DNA of 64,000 nt from Mobula hypostoma (Eukaryota): NCBI RefSeq assembly GCF_963921235.1, contig NC_086097.1, positions 95,606,001-95,670,000 on the forward strand, written 5' to 3'. The position numbers and the translations under genes were made by a program. Below are positions 40,880 through 53,110 of this stretch, in pieces. The notes under the pieces are model-generated. The model made no database searches and was not told the DNA's origin. It saw nothing but the letters and a program-made list of their open reading frames with translations. Every line of letters begins with the position of its first letter. The stretch's first letter is position 1.

Positions 40880-41757
40880 TAATAGAAACAGAGAAAACCT
40901 ACAGCACAATACAGGCCCTTCGGTCCACAAAGCTAAGTCGAACCTGTCCTTACCTTAGAAATTACCTAGAGTTACCCATAGCCCTCTATTTTTCTGAGAG
41001 TCCATGTACCTGTCCAGGAGTCTTTTAAAAGACCCTATTCTATCCACCTCCACCACCGTCACTGGCAGCCCATTCCATACACTCACCACTCTCTGCGTAA
41101 AAAAAATTACCCCTTACATCTCCTCTGTACCTACTTCCAAGCACCTTAAAACTGTGCCCTCTTGTGCTAGCCATTTTAGCCCTGGGAAAAAGCTTCTGAC
41201 TATCCACACAATCAATGCCTCTCATCATCTTAAACACCTCTATTAGGTCACCTCTCATCCTCCATCGCTCCAAGGAAAAAAGGCCAAGTTCACTCAACCT
41301 GTTCTCCTAAGGCGTGTTCCCCAATCCAGGCAACATCCTTGTAAATCTCCTCTGCACCCTTTCTATGGTTTCCACATCCTTCCTGTAGTGAAGTGACCAG
41401 AAGTGAGCACAGTAGTCCAAGAGGGGTCCTATATAGCTGCAACATTACCTCTCGGCTCTTAAACTCAATCCCACGATTGATGAAGGCCAATGCACCGTAT
41501 GCTTTCTTAACCACAGGGTTAACCTGCGCAGCAGCTTTGAGTGTCCTATGGTGTCGGACCCCAAGATCCCTCTGATCCTCCACACTGCCAAGAGTCAAAT
41601 ATCAATACGATATTTGACCTACCAAAATGAACCACCTCATGCTTATCTGAGTTGGACTCCATCAGCCCAGTTTTGCATTTTATCAATGTCCCGCTGTAAC
41701 TTCTGACAGCCCTCCACACTATCCACAACAACCCCAACCTTTGTGTCATCAGCAAAT
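40880..41757 (-). mobile_element. 5'-truncated CR1
   Basis: FADDTKVG; LGLFSLERWRMRGDLIEVFK; tail shared with 46427-46990. Confidence 0.9.
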
Positions 41758-42020
41758 GTCCTTGAATGGAAAATCCTAAGAGTAGCAGATACGGCCCAGT
41801 CCATCATGGGTAAAGCCCTCCCCACCATTGAGATATTATTTATTTATTTATTAATTATTATTATTTCTGTCTTTTTGTAGTTTGTGTGTTTTGAACATTG
41901 GTTGAATACCCAAGATGGTGCGGTCTTTCATTGATTCTATTATGGTTATTATTCTATTATGGATTTATTGAGTATGTCCACAAGAAAATGAATCTCAGGG
42001 TTGTATATGGTGACATACAT

Positions 42021-42286
42021 CTTCTTCTTCGGCTGTCCATCGATTTTCGATGATGACTGAGGCCTGGGCAAGGTTGACCATGCTGCAAGCCTCCCCTCTC
42101 CACAACACCAATGTTGTCCAAGGGAAGGGCACTAGAACCCATACAGCTTGGCACCGGTGTCGTCGCAGAGCAATTTGTGGTTAAGTGCCTTGCTCAAGGA
42201 CACAACACGCTGCCTCAGCTGAGGCTCGAACTAGCGACCTTCAGATCACTAGACCGACACCTTAACCACTTGGCCACGCGCCACAC
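42021..42286 (-). mobile_element. tRNA-derived CORE-type SINE with (GAA)n tail
   Basis: A box TGGCCAAGTGG, B box GTTCGAGCC, CORE-like tgtgtccttgagcaaggcacttaacc, 3' end gatggacagccgaagaagaag. Confidence 0.8.
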
Positions 42287-42461
42287 ACATATAGACATAC
42301 ACAGACATCCCACCTCTCCCGGAAGTTCCAGGAGTCTCCCGCATATGGATAGTGGATCCCTGATGCCCGGAAATTATATACAATATCCCGGAAATAGATT
42401 TTTTTTGAGCGGGAGAGGGAGAGTGAGAGCGAGCATCCTGATTGGTCTCTCTTCGTGCTAA

Positions 42462-43641
42462 GAGTGGTCCCCAACCACCCGGCCGCGAGGAAACGATATG
42501 ATTTGGCGATATGAGTCAGCTGCACCTTTCCTCATTCCCTGTCACGCCCACTGTTGAATTTTAACGGACGCGAGGTCATCAGTGACCCAAGACGTGCAAA
42601 GGAATAGGTCCGTGACCCATTTGTGAATGTTTCCGGTGAATCATCCATGTCAGCACGGGAAAAAGTTCAACTCCTCGAGCTTGCAAATGACAGTGGGCTG
42701 AAAAGTATGTTTGACATAACATCTCTGCCGGCATTCTGGATCAAAGTCAAGGCTGAATATCATGAGATTGCCACGAAAGCACTGAAAACGTTGCTTCCAT
42801 TTCCAACATATTTCTGCGAAGTGGAGTTTTCTGCAATGAATGCAACGAAAACTAAATTGCGGAATAGACTGGACATAAGCAACCCCCTTCGAGTATCGCT
42901 GTCTCCCATCACCCCTCGATAGGACCGTGTTGTTGCAGGAAAACATGCCCAGGGCTCCCACTGATTCAGCAATATTGGTGTGTTGCAATGATTTTATATG
43001 TTCATACGAGGAAAATATGCGCAGTATGTTTAATATCCAAATGTTACTTAAAATGTTATGATGCTATTGACTTATAAGTGACTTATAATTCAGTGGTCCC
43101 CAGCCTCTGGGCCGCGAAGAATACAGTGGTGGCCAGAACACGCCCAGCACATCTTTAAGAAAAAAGCCAAAATAAACAAACTAATTAATTAGGTGCCGCC
43201 CGGCACGTAAGTGTCGGCCCAGATCAGAGGCGATTGCCGATTGCGTAGTCTCTGATCTGGGCCGACATTACATGCCAGGCGGCACCTAATTAATTAGCTT
43301 GTTTATTTCAGCTTTTTTCTTAAAGATGTGCTGGGTTCATTCTGGCCACCGCTGTACTGCTGCATTCTTCACGGCCTGGAGGTTTGGGACCACTATTATA
43401 ATTGACTTATCACTACATTCATGCGAGGAAAATATGCGCTGTGTGTTTAATATTAAATTCGTTAGATATACCCCTTTAGAAACGAAATCGAGTGTATTAG
43501 CCACTTACAAGTGACTTATAGTTGACTTATCACCTATATTCTGGTCGCGTTTATCACCCCCCCACCCCTGGGTCAGCCGGTCCGCAAGAATATTGTCAAT
43601 ATTAAACTGGTCCGCGGTGCAAAAAAGGTTGGGAACCCCTG
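42462..43641 (+). mobile_element. Charlie-type hAT deletion derivative with transposase C-terminal dimerisation remnant
   Basis: FWIKVKAEYHEIATKALKTLLPFPTYFCEVEFSAMNATKTKLRNRLD (42623-42922); ends shared with 11061-11605. Confidence 0.88.
43091..43395. mobile_element. Palindromic hAT MITE
   Basis: Two ~140-bp inverted arms; perfect TSD TTATAATT (43083-43090 / 43396-43403). Confidence 0.92.
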
Positions 43642-44409
43642 ATTTAAACCAGCTGGCTGGCTGCCAAGGAGCTACGCTATTGATGTCCTAAGTGATGAGG
43701 CCAAACTCCCTGTAGACTTGCTTAAAGTTGTAATAGAATAAACATAATAATATAATATAAGTACATATTTTAATGTCACATTTGCTGCATATACCCAACT
43801 TGGTTTACAGATTAGACAAAATGACTAAACAAAGTTTTACGTACACCCTTGGGGGTCAACGGCAGGGGGGGGGATATGGGGTTGTGGGGGGGCGGGGGTG
43901 CTACCTCCCTGAAATGAGTTTTTGCAGGGTGGGATGTCTGTATACATCTACTTTGATAATAAAGTTACTTTGAACTTTGAACTACCTTGGAATTGTCTCT
44001 TATTGTGTACTCTCTTGTACTCATATTTTAACTGGCCTCATCAAGATGTCCTAGGAATAAAGGTGATGGCAGAATCTGGGGGGACTTCATGGAAGTGTGG
44101 GAAAATGAAATGAAATCTGTGTAAGAATACTGTGAATGGGTGCTGGGTGGTTGGTATGGCTGAAGGGCCTATTTCTATACTGTGCGACTCTATAATCCTC
44201 GAATGATCCAGGCATCATGTTCCACAATCCATGGAGATTCAGGCAGCCCTGGGGCTCCCTGCGCAAACTGCAGCACACAGAGGGGTGAAGAGCCCAGGAA
44301 GGAGAGATGAGCCTTTGTCTCCTGAAAGCTAGCCCTCTATGGAACACAGGCTAACAGTAAAGTCACACATTTGGAACATCAAATCCAGGTATGACTTTCA
44401 CCAGGGGAC

Positions 44410-45092
44410 TGTGGTAGAACAGAAGGTTCAGTGAACGTGAAGTCACAGGTGGACAGGATGGCGAAGAAGACTTTCACCAATCAAGACACCAAGTACAAAA
44501 GTTGGGAAGTCATGGTGCAGCTGTACAGGATGCTGGTGAGGCCGCACCTGGAGTATTGTGTTCAGTTTTGGTCTCCCTCTCACAGTAACACTGTTCTTAA
44601 ACAGGAAAGAATGCAGAAAGTATTTACAAGGGTACTTCCAGGACTTGAGGGGACAGAGATAGATGGAGAGGTTGGGCAGGTTAAGACTTCATTCCTTAAA
44701 GCATAGGAGACTGAGAGGTGATCTTGCAAAGATGTGTAAAATTATAATGGTCGTATACAGGGTGAGTCTTTTATTTCCCAGAGCTGAGGAATCAAAAACT
44801 AAACGCCAAAGGTTTAAGGTGAAAGGAGAAAGATTTAAGAGGAACTTGAGAGACAAAGTTCTTTTTTTTTTAACACACAGAGAGGCATCAATGTGGAATG
44901 AGCTGCTACAGGAAGTAGTTGGGAGAGGTACAAAAACAAGTTTTAAAAGACAGTTGGAGAGCTACATGGATTAGAAAGGTTTAGAAGGCTTTGGGCCAAA
45001 CACAGGCAAATGGGACTGGCTTGGACAGAGCATCTTGGTCAGCATGGGCCAGTTGGGCTAAAGAGCCTGTTTCCCAATGGTATAAATCTATG
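44410..45092 (+). mobile_element. CR1 3' fragment
   Basis: LYRMLVRPHLEYCVQFWSP; RRLRGDL. Confidence 0.85.
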
Positions 45093-45466
45093 ACAATAAG
45101 AAATTTCTTTCCATGGATATCCAGGAAATGATAATCCTCCCGACTGGCATTGAGCTCCAAATTCACGCCAGGTGGCAGACTACCACAGCAATGGAATCTA
45201 TCACCGTGTGCTTGCCATCTCTGTTACTCCCAACTCACAGAGGTAAAGTCTTCCTTTCCTCAGATAGTGAGCATTGGTGATGTGGCTAAACCAGTGGTGA
45301 GCGGCTCTCTGGGATACTCAACGTTCATCAGCTGCCGTGCTGCAACTGTACAGAGGGTGAGGATTTCAGCGTGACAGCGGTATGAGTTCCGGTCACATAC
45401 TTATCCCAGGGAGCTCGATGCATCGGCTCCTCACGGAATAAATCTTTGGGTATAACATTAATATCT

Positions 45467-46027
45467 CAAGTTCTGTGCAATAGTTTTAGGTACATATATA
45501 CATAGCTAGGGTGCCCAAGAATTTTGCACAGTACTGTAGTAATTTTATGTATTGCATTATACTCCTGCTGCAAAAAAACCCCACAAATTTCATGACATAT
45601 GTGAGTGATGATAAACCTGATTCTGATATGGGTCTCTATTGTGGACTGAGAGTGGGAAGGGGGCAGGAAGAGGGGAATCATGATTGGGAAAAGGGGAAGG
45701 GAGAGGAGAGGGAGTGGGAAGCACCAGGGAGATATTCTGTAATAATCAATAAACCTATTGTTTGGAAACAAATGACCTTGCCTGGTGTCTCAGGGCTGGG
45801 TGTGTCTGTATCCGCACCATCCCCTGCCTCGACATGCCTCCTCCTCACCCCTGTTCCCTCAGCCCTCCCCGTGGCACACCACCCTCACCATTCCCAACAT
45901 CCCTTACTCTCCCTAGATTTACAAACTCATTCTCTGCTCCACACTGACAAATACAGTAACTGTGAAAAAGTCTTAGGCACCCTGGCTATATATATATATC
46001 TGCCTCAGACTGGGGCACAGTACTGTA
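45467..46027. mobile_element. Composite Tc1/mariner-like MITE: two inverted ~75-bp modules flanking ~410 bp
   Basis: 45467-45538 is the approximate reverse complement of 45952-46027; each module has cagtactgtgcaaaa-type ends of its own. Confidence 0.7.
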
Positions 46028-46426
46028 CAAGTTTTCCTCATAATCTAACTCCAAGCTTCATTCTGTTAATTCTACGGTGCACTTCCTCCAATGCCAATAG
46101 AGCCTTCCAGAAAGGAAGAACACTATAGGCCTCCACAAAGTAGAGTTTCATAAAACTGTACCAAAGCTTTCCTCCTCCTCGTTTTGCAGCACAACAGTTC
46201 CTGAAGGCCAGTCTTCCATCAGCACCTTTATCTTCTGCACCCGTATCCATGACATTTTAATAATCTATGAGCACAGACTCCCAATTCTCTTTGTAGTTCC
46301 AATTAGTGTAGGTTACTAGCTTTGACATATACCTTGCTTCATCCTATTTTAATCCAAAATGGATGAAGTCATTTTGCCAAAACTGAAATCCATTTATTTC
46401 AAGTGTACCCAATTACTTGGTCTGGA

Positions 46427-46990
46427 AACATAGAAAACCTACAGCACAATACAGGGCCTTCGGCCCACAATGCTGTGCCGAACGTGTCCTTACCTGAGAA
46501 ATTACCTCGGGTTACCCATAGCCCTCTATTTTTCTGAGCTCCATGTACCTGTCTAGGAGTCTCTTAAAAGACCATATTGTATCCGCCTCCACCACCGTTG
46601 CCGGCAGCCCATTCCACGCACTCACCACTCTCTGTGTTAAAAACTTACCCCTAATATCTCCTCTGTACCTACTTCCAAGCACCTTAAAACTGTGCCCTCT
46701 CAGGCTAGTCATTTCAGCTCTGGGAAAAAGCCTCTGACTATTCACACAATCAATACCTCTCGTCATCTTATACACCTCTATCAGGTCACCTCTCATCCTC
46801 CGTCGCTCCAAGGAGAAAAGGCCGAGTTCACTCAACCTGTTCTCATAAGGCATGCTCCCCAATCCAGGCAACACCCTTGTAAATCTCCTCTGCACCCTTT
46901 CTACGGTTTCCACATCCTTCCTGTAGTGAGGCGACCAGAAATGAGCACAGTACTCTAAGTGGAGTCTAACCAGGGTCCTATATAGCTGCA
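46427..46990 (-). mobile_element. 5'-truncated CR1, well preserved
   Basis: Open 133-aa C-terminus ERVQRRFTRVLPGL...RGDLIEVYK...RVVSAWNGLP. Confidence 0.92.
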
Positions 46991-47354
46991 GAGGAGCTTA
47001 ATACTTATTAAATATATTTTTATTGAAGGAATGACACAATACACAATACATAATGGATTACATGTTCCTCCATTTTGCCTTTATATCTTACCCCTAAACA
47101 AACCTCCCCTCATCCGCCCTCCCCGAACATACCATGGCAGCTAATGTATTTACAATACAACAAATCGCAAATTCAAATACGGACATTTCACAGCCATACC
47201 CCCATACTACTTCAAGACGAAGGCCCACACACATCCACAACATGTCAGATGATCCAAAATACACTCATATTACAATGCATCAACCACCCTGTGAGGTAAA
47301 TCAAATGCGTGTTAAAAGGGAGGCAACTTTCCAAGTACAATCAAATGCCCTCAA

Positions 47355-50300
47355 CTGGTAGGTAGTTCCTTAAGACTCCCAAAATATGACAAGAAAGGTC
47401 CCCATTTCGAATAGAACTTTTTCACAGACCCCCTCAAAGTGAATTTAATCTTTTCTGATTTCAGAAAAAAACATTACGTCCTCTAACCAAGCAGCAGCAG
47501 ATGGGGGAGTGGCAGATTTCCAGACCAGCAAGATTCTCCTACGGGCCAATGGTGATGTAAATGCAATGACATCCGACTGGCTTGCATTTAAACCCAAATC
47601 ATCATCTGCCACACCAAATACAGCTATAAGCGGGCAAGGTCTCAGTGTCACCCCCAAAACCTCACTGATAATTTTAAAAACCAGTGCCCAATAGCCATCA
47701 AGCCGAGGGCAAGACCCAAATGCATGCACTTAACCAGCCGGAGAGAAGGAACAGCCAGCGTCTGTCCCGGAATATATGTCAGCAAGCCTGGCTTTACTTA
47801 AATGTATCCTGTGTGAAACTTTAAATTGTATGAGCCCCAGTCGAGCACATGATGATGAGGAATGAACCCTATTCAATGCTTTTGCCCAATATTCTTCAGC
47901 CAGATCCTCCAAGGTCATCCTCCCACCTAATCTTAGTTTTGTTTAGATCTTGAACTCCCAAAGACATCAGCTGAGAGTATAGTACAGAGATCAGCCCTTT
48001 ATTTTTAAAGCTAAGAGTGCGTTTTTCCCACAACATAGCAGGTGGTAGATCAGGAAAAGAGGGAAATTTTTCCTTGACGAAGTGGTGAATCTGCAGGTAT
48101 TTTAAAAAATGATTATGCGGAAGGCCATATTTACTACACAAGTTATCAAAACTATCAAATATGTTATCAGTGTACAAATCCTTGATGCGCATAAGACCGT
48201 TCAAACCCCATTGTCTAAAAACTGAATCGAGTGTGGAGGGAAGAAATAGATGGTTTCTATGAATGGAACCCAAAACTGAAACTGATGTGAACTTATACTG
48301 GCAGTGAAATTGATTAAAAATTTTGAGGGTGGCGAGCACGACCGGGTTAGATGTGAATTGAGAGGATTTCAATGGTAAGGAAGAATACACCAAAGCTGGG
48401 AGGGACGAGGAGTGGCAAGACCCGTGACTCAAACAGGCACCAGATTATATCTGGCCGGTGGAGCCAAAATAATACCTTTTGAATGTTCGATGCCCAGTAA
48501 TAATGAATAAAGCTAGGAAGGCCCATTCCACCTACGTCACGACCTCTTTGGAGAATGCACTTATTAACCCTTGGGACCTTATTTTCCCAGATAAAGGAGG
48601 TTATAGCTTGGTCGACTGATTTGAAAACTGGCAAACACTGGAACAAATAAAGAAATCTGGGAAGTATAGTCATTTTCACTGATTGAATTCTACCATCTAT
48701 AGTAAAGGGTAAACTACGCCATCTCTCAAAATCAACCTTCATTTGGCTAACCTGAGGCCTGTAGTTAGCTTCAAACAGAGATGTATAAGAGCGAGTAATG
48801 TGTATTCCTAGGTATACAAAACCATCTTGAGATAAAGGAAAAGGCAAAGACTTCTGTCGGATCTCTAGGGCCAAGTTATTAATGGGAAAGCATTTGCTTT
48901 TTTGAAAGTTCAGTTTATAGCCGGAGGAAGCTCCAAATTGACCTAATAATGACACAATAGCAGGACTACTACCTACAAGGTCGCTAACATAAAGTAGGAG
49001 GTCATCTGCATATAGGGATACACGGTGTTCCATGTCCCCTCTCCTAACACCTTGAAATAGTGTAGTTGACTTAAGTGCAATAGAAAGAGGCTCAATTGCA
49101 ATTGCAAAAAGAAGAGGGGACAGTGGGCAGCCTTGGCGAGTGCCACGTGTTAATGGGAAATAGTCAGATAGAAAATAATTTGTCTGTATACACGCTAAAG
49201 GTGAGTGATATAATAGCTTAACCCAAGCTATAAATATTCTGCCAAATTCAAGTTTCTCCAAAACACTAAACAAGTATACCCACTCCACTCTATCAAACGC
49301 CTTCTCCGCGTCCAAGGAGATAACAACCTCCAGACTCGGAGAATCACTGGGTGAATAAACCACATCAGCCAGTCGACGGATATTAAAAAAAGAATGACAA
49401 TTCTTAATAAAACCTGTTTGATCATCTGAGATTATCTTGGGAAGGGGGTGTTCTAAATGTCATGCAAGCACTTCAGCCAAAATTTTCACATCCACGTTCA
49501 AAAGTGAGATGGGGCGATACAATCCACATTGAGGTCGGGTCCTTGTCCTTTTTAAGAAGTGAAATAGCTGCCTGTGAAAGAGTAGGGGGTAAGGAACCAT
49601 TCTCCAAAGATTCCTGAAACACTTCTAGAAGGACCGGTATGAGCTTATCGTTAAATTTCTTATAAAATTCTATCGGATAACCATCAGGACCTGGGGACTT
49701 ACCACTCTGCATAGCCATAATGGCATTATTAATCTCTTCCCGCCCAACAGCCCGATCTAAATTCTCCACCTCCTCTGATTCAAGAGTTGTATTTCCAAAT
49801 TATCTAAAAAAACTTCCATATTTTTTATATCTGAGGGAAACTCTGAGGTATACAGAGAGGAATAAAAAGCTGCAAAAATGTTATTAATCCCTTTTGGATT
49901 GCTTGTCAAGTTTTGGTGCGTGTCTCTTACCTGGGGAATAAGTCGTGATGCAACTTGACGCTTCAATTGATGAGCCATAAGCCGGCTCACCTTGTCACCA
50001 TATTCATAATAGAGGCTACGTGTCTTAAGAATTAATTGTTCTGATAGGTTTGTAGATAGAAGATTAAACTTCGCTTGCAAATCAGCCCAGCTTTTATATA
50101 ATTCTGCAGTGGGTGCCTCAGAATATTGCCTATCCAGGTCCAAAATAGATTGCAATAACACTTGCATTTCCTTCCTACGCTCTTTATTGGCATGTGAAGT
50201 ATAAGATATTATTTGACCCCTCAAGTAAGCTTTTAAAGTTTCCCAAAGTAAAGAGTACGATACCGACTCAGTTTTGTTAGTCTCGAAGAATGTGTCAATG

Positions 50301-51111
50301 TTAGCTGATATATAACTACAAAATTTCTCACTGGAAAGCAAAAGGGGGTTAAGTCTCCACAGAGGCCGTTCTCTAATGTTTAAAGGAAAGCATAGGTCCA
50401 GTTTCACGGGCGAGTGATCAGATATAACTATAGCAGTGTACTCAATTTGTCTAATCATTGGTGTCAAGGAGCTATCCATAAAGAAATAGTCTAGCCTGGA
50501 ATAGGAGTGGTGAACATGAGAAAAGAAAGAGAATTGCCTAACTGATGGATTCAAAAATCTCCAAGGAGCCATATAACTATTTTATTGCCTAAACATCGAG
50601 AAGGCCTTTGCCATACCAGAAAAAGTTCCCCTAGAGCTAGACCTATCAAGCAGTGGGTCAATAGCACAGTTCAAATCTCCTGAAAAGATTAGCTGGTGTG
50701 TATTCAGGTTAGGTATTAATGACAAAACGTTATTTGCAAATTGGACATCGTCCCAATTAGGAGCATAAACATTTACCAAAATAACAGGTATCTGAAAGAG
50801 AGATCCAGAGACTATAATAAAGTGACCATTAGGGTCACTGATTACATCAGATGGTGTAAACTGCGTTCTTTTAATGATTAATATGGCCACCCCCCTGGAC
50901 CTACTATTAGATCTGGAAAAACCTGACTAATCCATGCTTTACGAAGTCTATTATGGTCTTCCACTCTTAAATGTGTCTCTTGTAGAAATAGTATATCTGC
51001 TTTTAATTGTTTCAGACGAGAGAAAACTTTAGCTCTTTTAACAGGACCATTGAGCCCCTTTACATTCTAAGAAATAAACCTCACAGGGTGGCCTCCATCA
51101 GCATCACCCAT
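47355..51111 (-). pseudogene. L1 ORF2p (AP endonuclease + reverse transcriptase), multiple stops and frameshifts
   Basis: IS*NVKGLN, LQETHL, NVYAPN, YSRLDYFF, ISDHSPV, KSPGPDG, SLDAEKAFDRVEW, RGTRQGCPLSPLLF, LYADDLLL, HAFGSCP. Confidence 0.93.
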
Positions 51112-51718
51112 GTTAACCATATCAAAAGACACACAGGGCCTACAATCCAAAACAGTGCGAGGGCACAAGCTGCACACAATAACGCACAATGAAAAGAAAG
51201 TCTGGCTAGTCCGTAACACACAAAACAATAAGCTGCCATGGTAATTCCCCCAAAACACTCCCCCAATGCCTTTACACAAACAACAAAAAAACCCAATTAA
51301 CCCCCGAAACCTAGATCTACCTCCCCAACTGAGGATGATCGCAGGCAGTACCCAACAAAAAACTTCCAAAGCATTCCCCATACAACTAAACTTTCAATCT
51401 AATCTAGGGTGGCTCCCCTCAAGATTTATACCATCACTTATTCTACCTTTAATATATATAGGTTAAAGATAACACAGGTCAAGCAAAGCGTTAAAAACAA
51501 AAAAAAACTAGGAAACTAAACGCCCAAGATACAAATCCCAAATATTTACATTTTGCTGGTTGAAAGTTTTTGTTAATCAGTTTCGGCAGCACAGCAGTTC
51601 GACCCGATCGCGTTCCACAAATTAAACTGGAAAAAATGAACAAAGAAGTGGATTGTGAAAATTAAGTTTGCCTCGGCATGAGGCCCCTTCAATGCTGCAT
51701 GAATAACCTAAAAAAAAG

Positions 51719-52621
51719 TCATTGCTCTTCTCGTTCTTCTTCTCCCCAGCGCGAATGGTAAAACTCTTTGGCCGCCTCTGGTGTATCGAAATAATGCTTT
51801 TTACCTTCATGCATGACCTGGAGCTGGGCAGGATACAAGAGGCCAAACCTGACCCCTTTCCCGTAAAGCAGGGATTTCACCTCCTTGAAAGCTGCTCGTT
51901 TTCTCCCCAGCTCCGCACTAAAATCTACATAAAAAAACACGCTGTGTCCGCGGAAATACAGCTCCTGCTTCCGTCTGTTGATGATGCGTTGCTTATCTTG
52001 AAAGGAGTGAAAGCAAACCAGGAACGTTCTTGGTCTCGTTTGCTTGGCTCCAGAGACACCGGATGGTTTACGTCCGACTCGGTGAGCACGCAAAAGTACG
52101 AGAGGCCTCGGGAAAAAATTTGTCCCCAGCATTTCGTCAAAAAACTCGGTCATAAATTCAACAGGGTCCGAACCTTCCAAATTTTCAGTAATGCCAACCA
52201 CTCTCAAATTGGATCTCTGCAGCCGATTTTCGAGGTCGTCTAGCTTTCCCTTCAGAAACGCGTTTTCGCTCTGCAACGCTGCAATGGCGGCTTCGGTGCT
52301 CACCAGGCGGTCACTGTAATCATTCAGGCCGTCTTCAACCTCACGAATGCGTTCGTCATGCGACTCGTAATATGACATAATTTGCTCCATGGTAGCATTC
52401 ACTGGTGACAAAGCATCTTCAAGTTCTCTTTTGAGGGCAGAATTCACCACTTGCGTTATGTCAGTAAAAAGTACTGAACGAAGCCTCTCCAAGTCATCGG
52501 GTAGCGCAGGTCTGGGTCCAGCAGCGTGCAACAGCGCCACTACTGTAACATCAGCTTTCTTGCTCGAGGCTTCGCTATCTTTTTCCCCAGTTTTACTTCA
52601 AAGGTACATTTTATCTGCCAT
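51719..52621 (-). pseudogene. L1 ORF1p (coiled coil, RRM, CTD) with one early stop
   Basis: KLDDLENRLQRSNLRVVGI, AHRVGRKP, DFSAELGRKRAAF, GLLYPA. In-frame ATGs at 52621 and 52609 are followed by TGA at 52600-52598. Confidence 0.9.
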
Positions 52622-52904
52622 TTCAGTGTCCAGCAATGTCCCGGGTTGTTCACAATGTTAAATATTCAGTTACCTCGAGCATACGGCAAAGATAAACAGG
52701 TAAATTTTCAATAAAAATCAGGAGCCACACTCACATGCACCCACTCACTCCATGCTCAACCCGGAAGTCCAGAGCTTAATACTTAATACTTTGTCATTTA
52801 ATCTTTGAATCTACACTGCTTAAAATCTGTTTATGTTTGGTTAATCTGCAATACTTGATAGCTACCTTCATATACCAATATTTGTTATAAAAAGCATAAA
52901 CAGC

Positions 52905-53110
52905 ATGAGTGGTATGGTAGTGTAGTGGTTAGTACAATGAGTTACAGCACAGCCATCGTGGTTCATTTCTCACTGCTACCTGTAAGGAGTTTGCACGCTC
53001 GCCTCCGTAACTGCGTGGGTTTCCTCCAGGTGCTCGAGTTTCCTCCCAGTACAGTAATGATTAGTACGTTGTGGAATTACCAGGTGGGCACTGGAACTAT
53101 GGAGCCACCT
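52905..53110 (+). mobile_element. V-SINE
   Basis: ggtagtgtagtggttag A box; gcgtgggtttcctccaggtgctcgagtttcctccc core. Confidence 0.7.

Larger units (their letters stand above)
42302..43940. mobile_element. Non-autonomous TIR element (possibly hAT/Blackjack-like)
   Basis: Perfect 13-bp TIR CAGACATCCCACC / GGTGGGATGTCTG; TSD unclear. Confidence 0.75.
41760..43985 (+). mobile_element. Rex1/Babar 3' fragment hosting a nested insertion stack
   Basis: The tail gaatctcagggttgtatatggtgacata breaks at ~42020 and resumes as catctactttgataataaagttactttgaactttgaac at ~43945. Confidence 0.75.
47008..52771 (-). mobile_element. Full-length L1-clade LINE (~5.76 kb), inactivated
   Basis: 14-bp TSD GAGCTTAATACTTA (46994-47007 / 52772-52785); 5' GGACTTCCGG; ORF1 and ORF2 present; AATAAA at the 3' end. 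Confidence 0.95.

Noticed and set aside
42200..42286. tRNA gene
   Set aside because: The tRNA-like A/B boxes run directly into a CORE domain and a retroposon tail, so it is a SINE head.
42623..42922. Host ZBED/SCAND3-like gene
   Set aside because: Only a C-terminal remnant between hAT TIRs; no exon structure.
48347..49363. 338-aa reverse transcriptase as a novel retron-like or domesticated gene
   Set aside because: It is one fragment of a frameshifted L1 ORF2 inside a TSD-bounded element.
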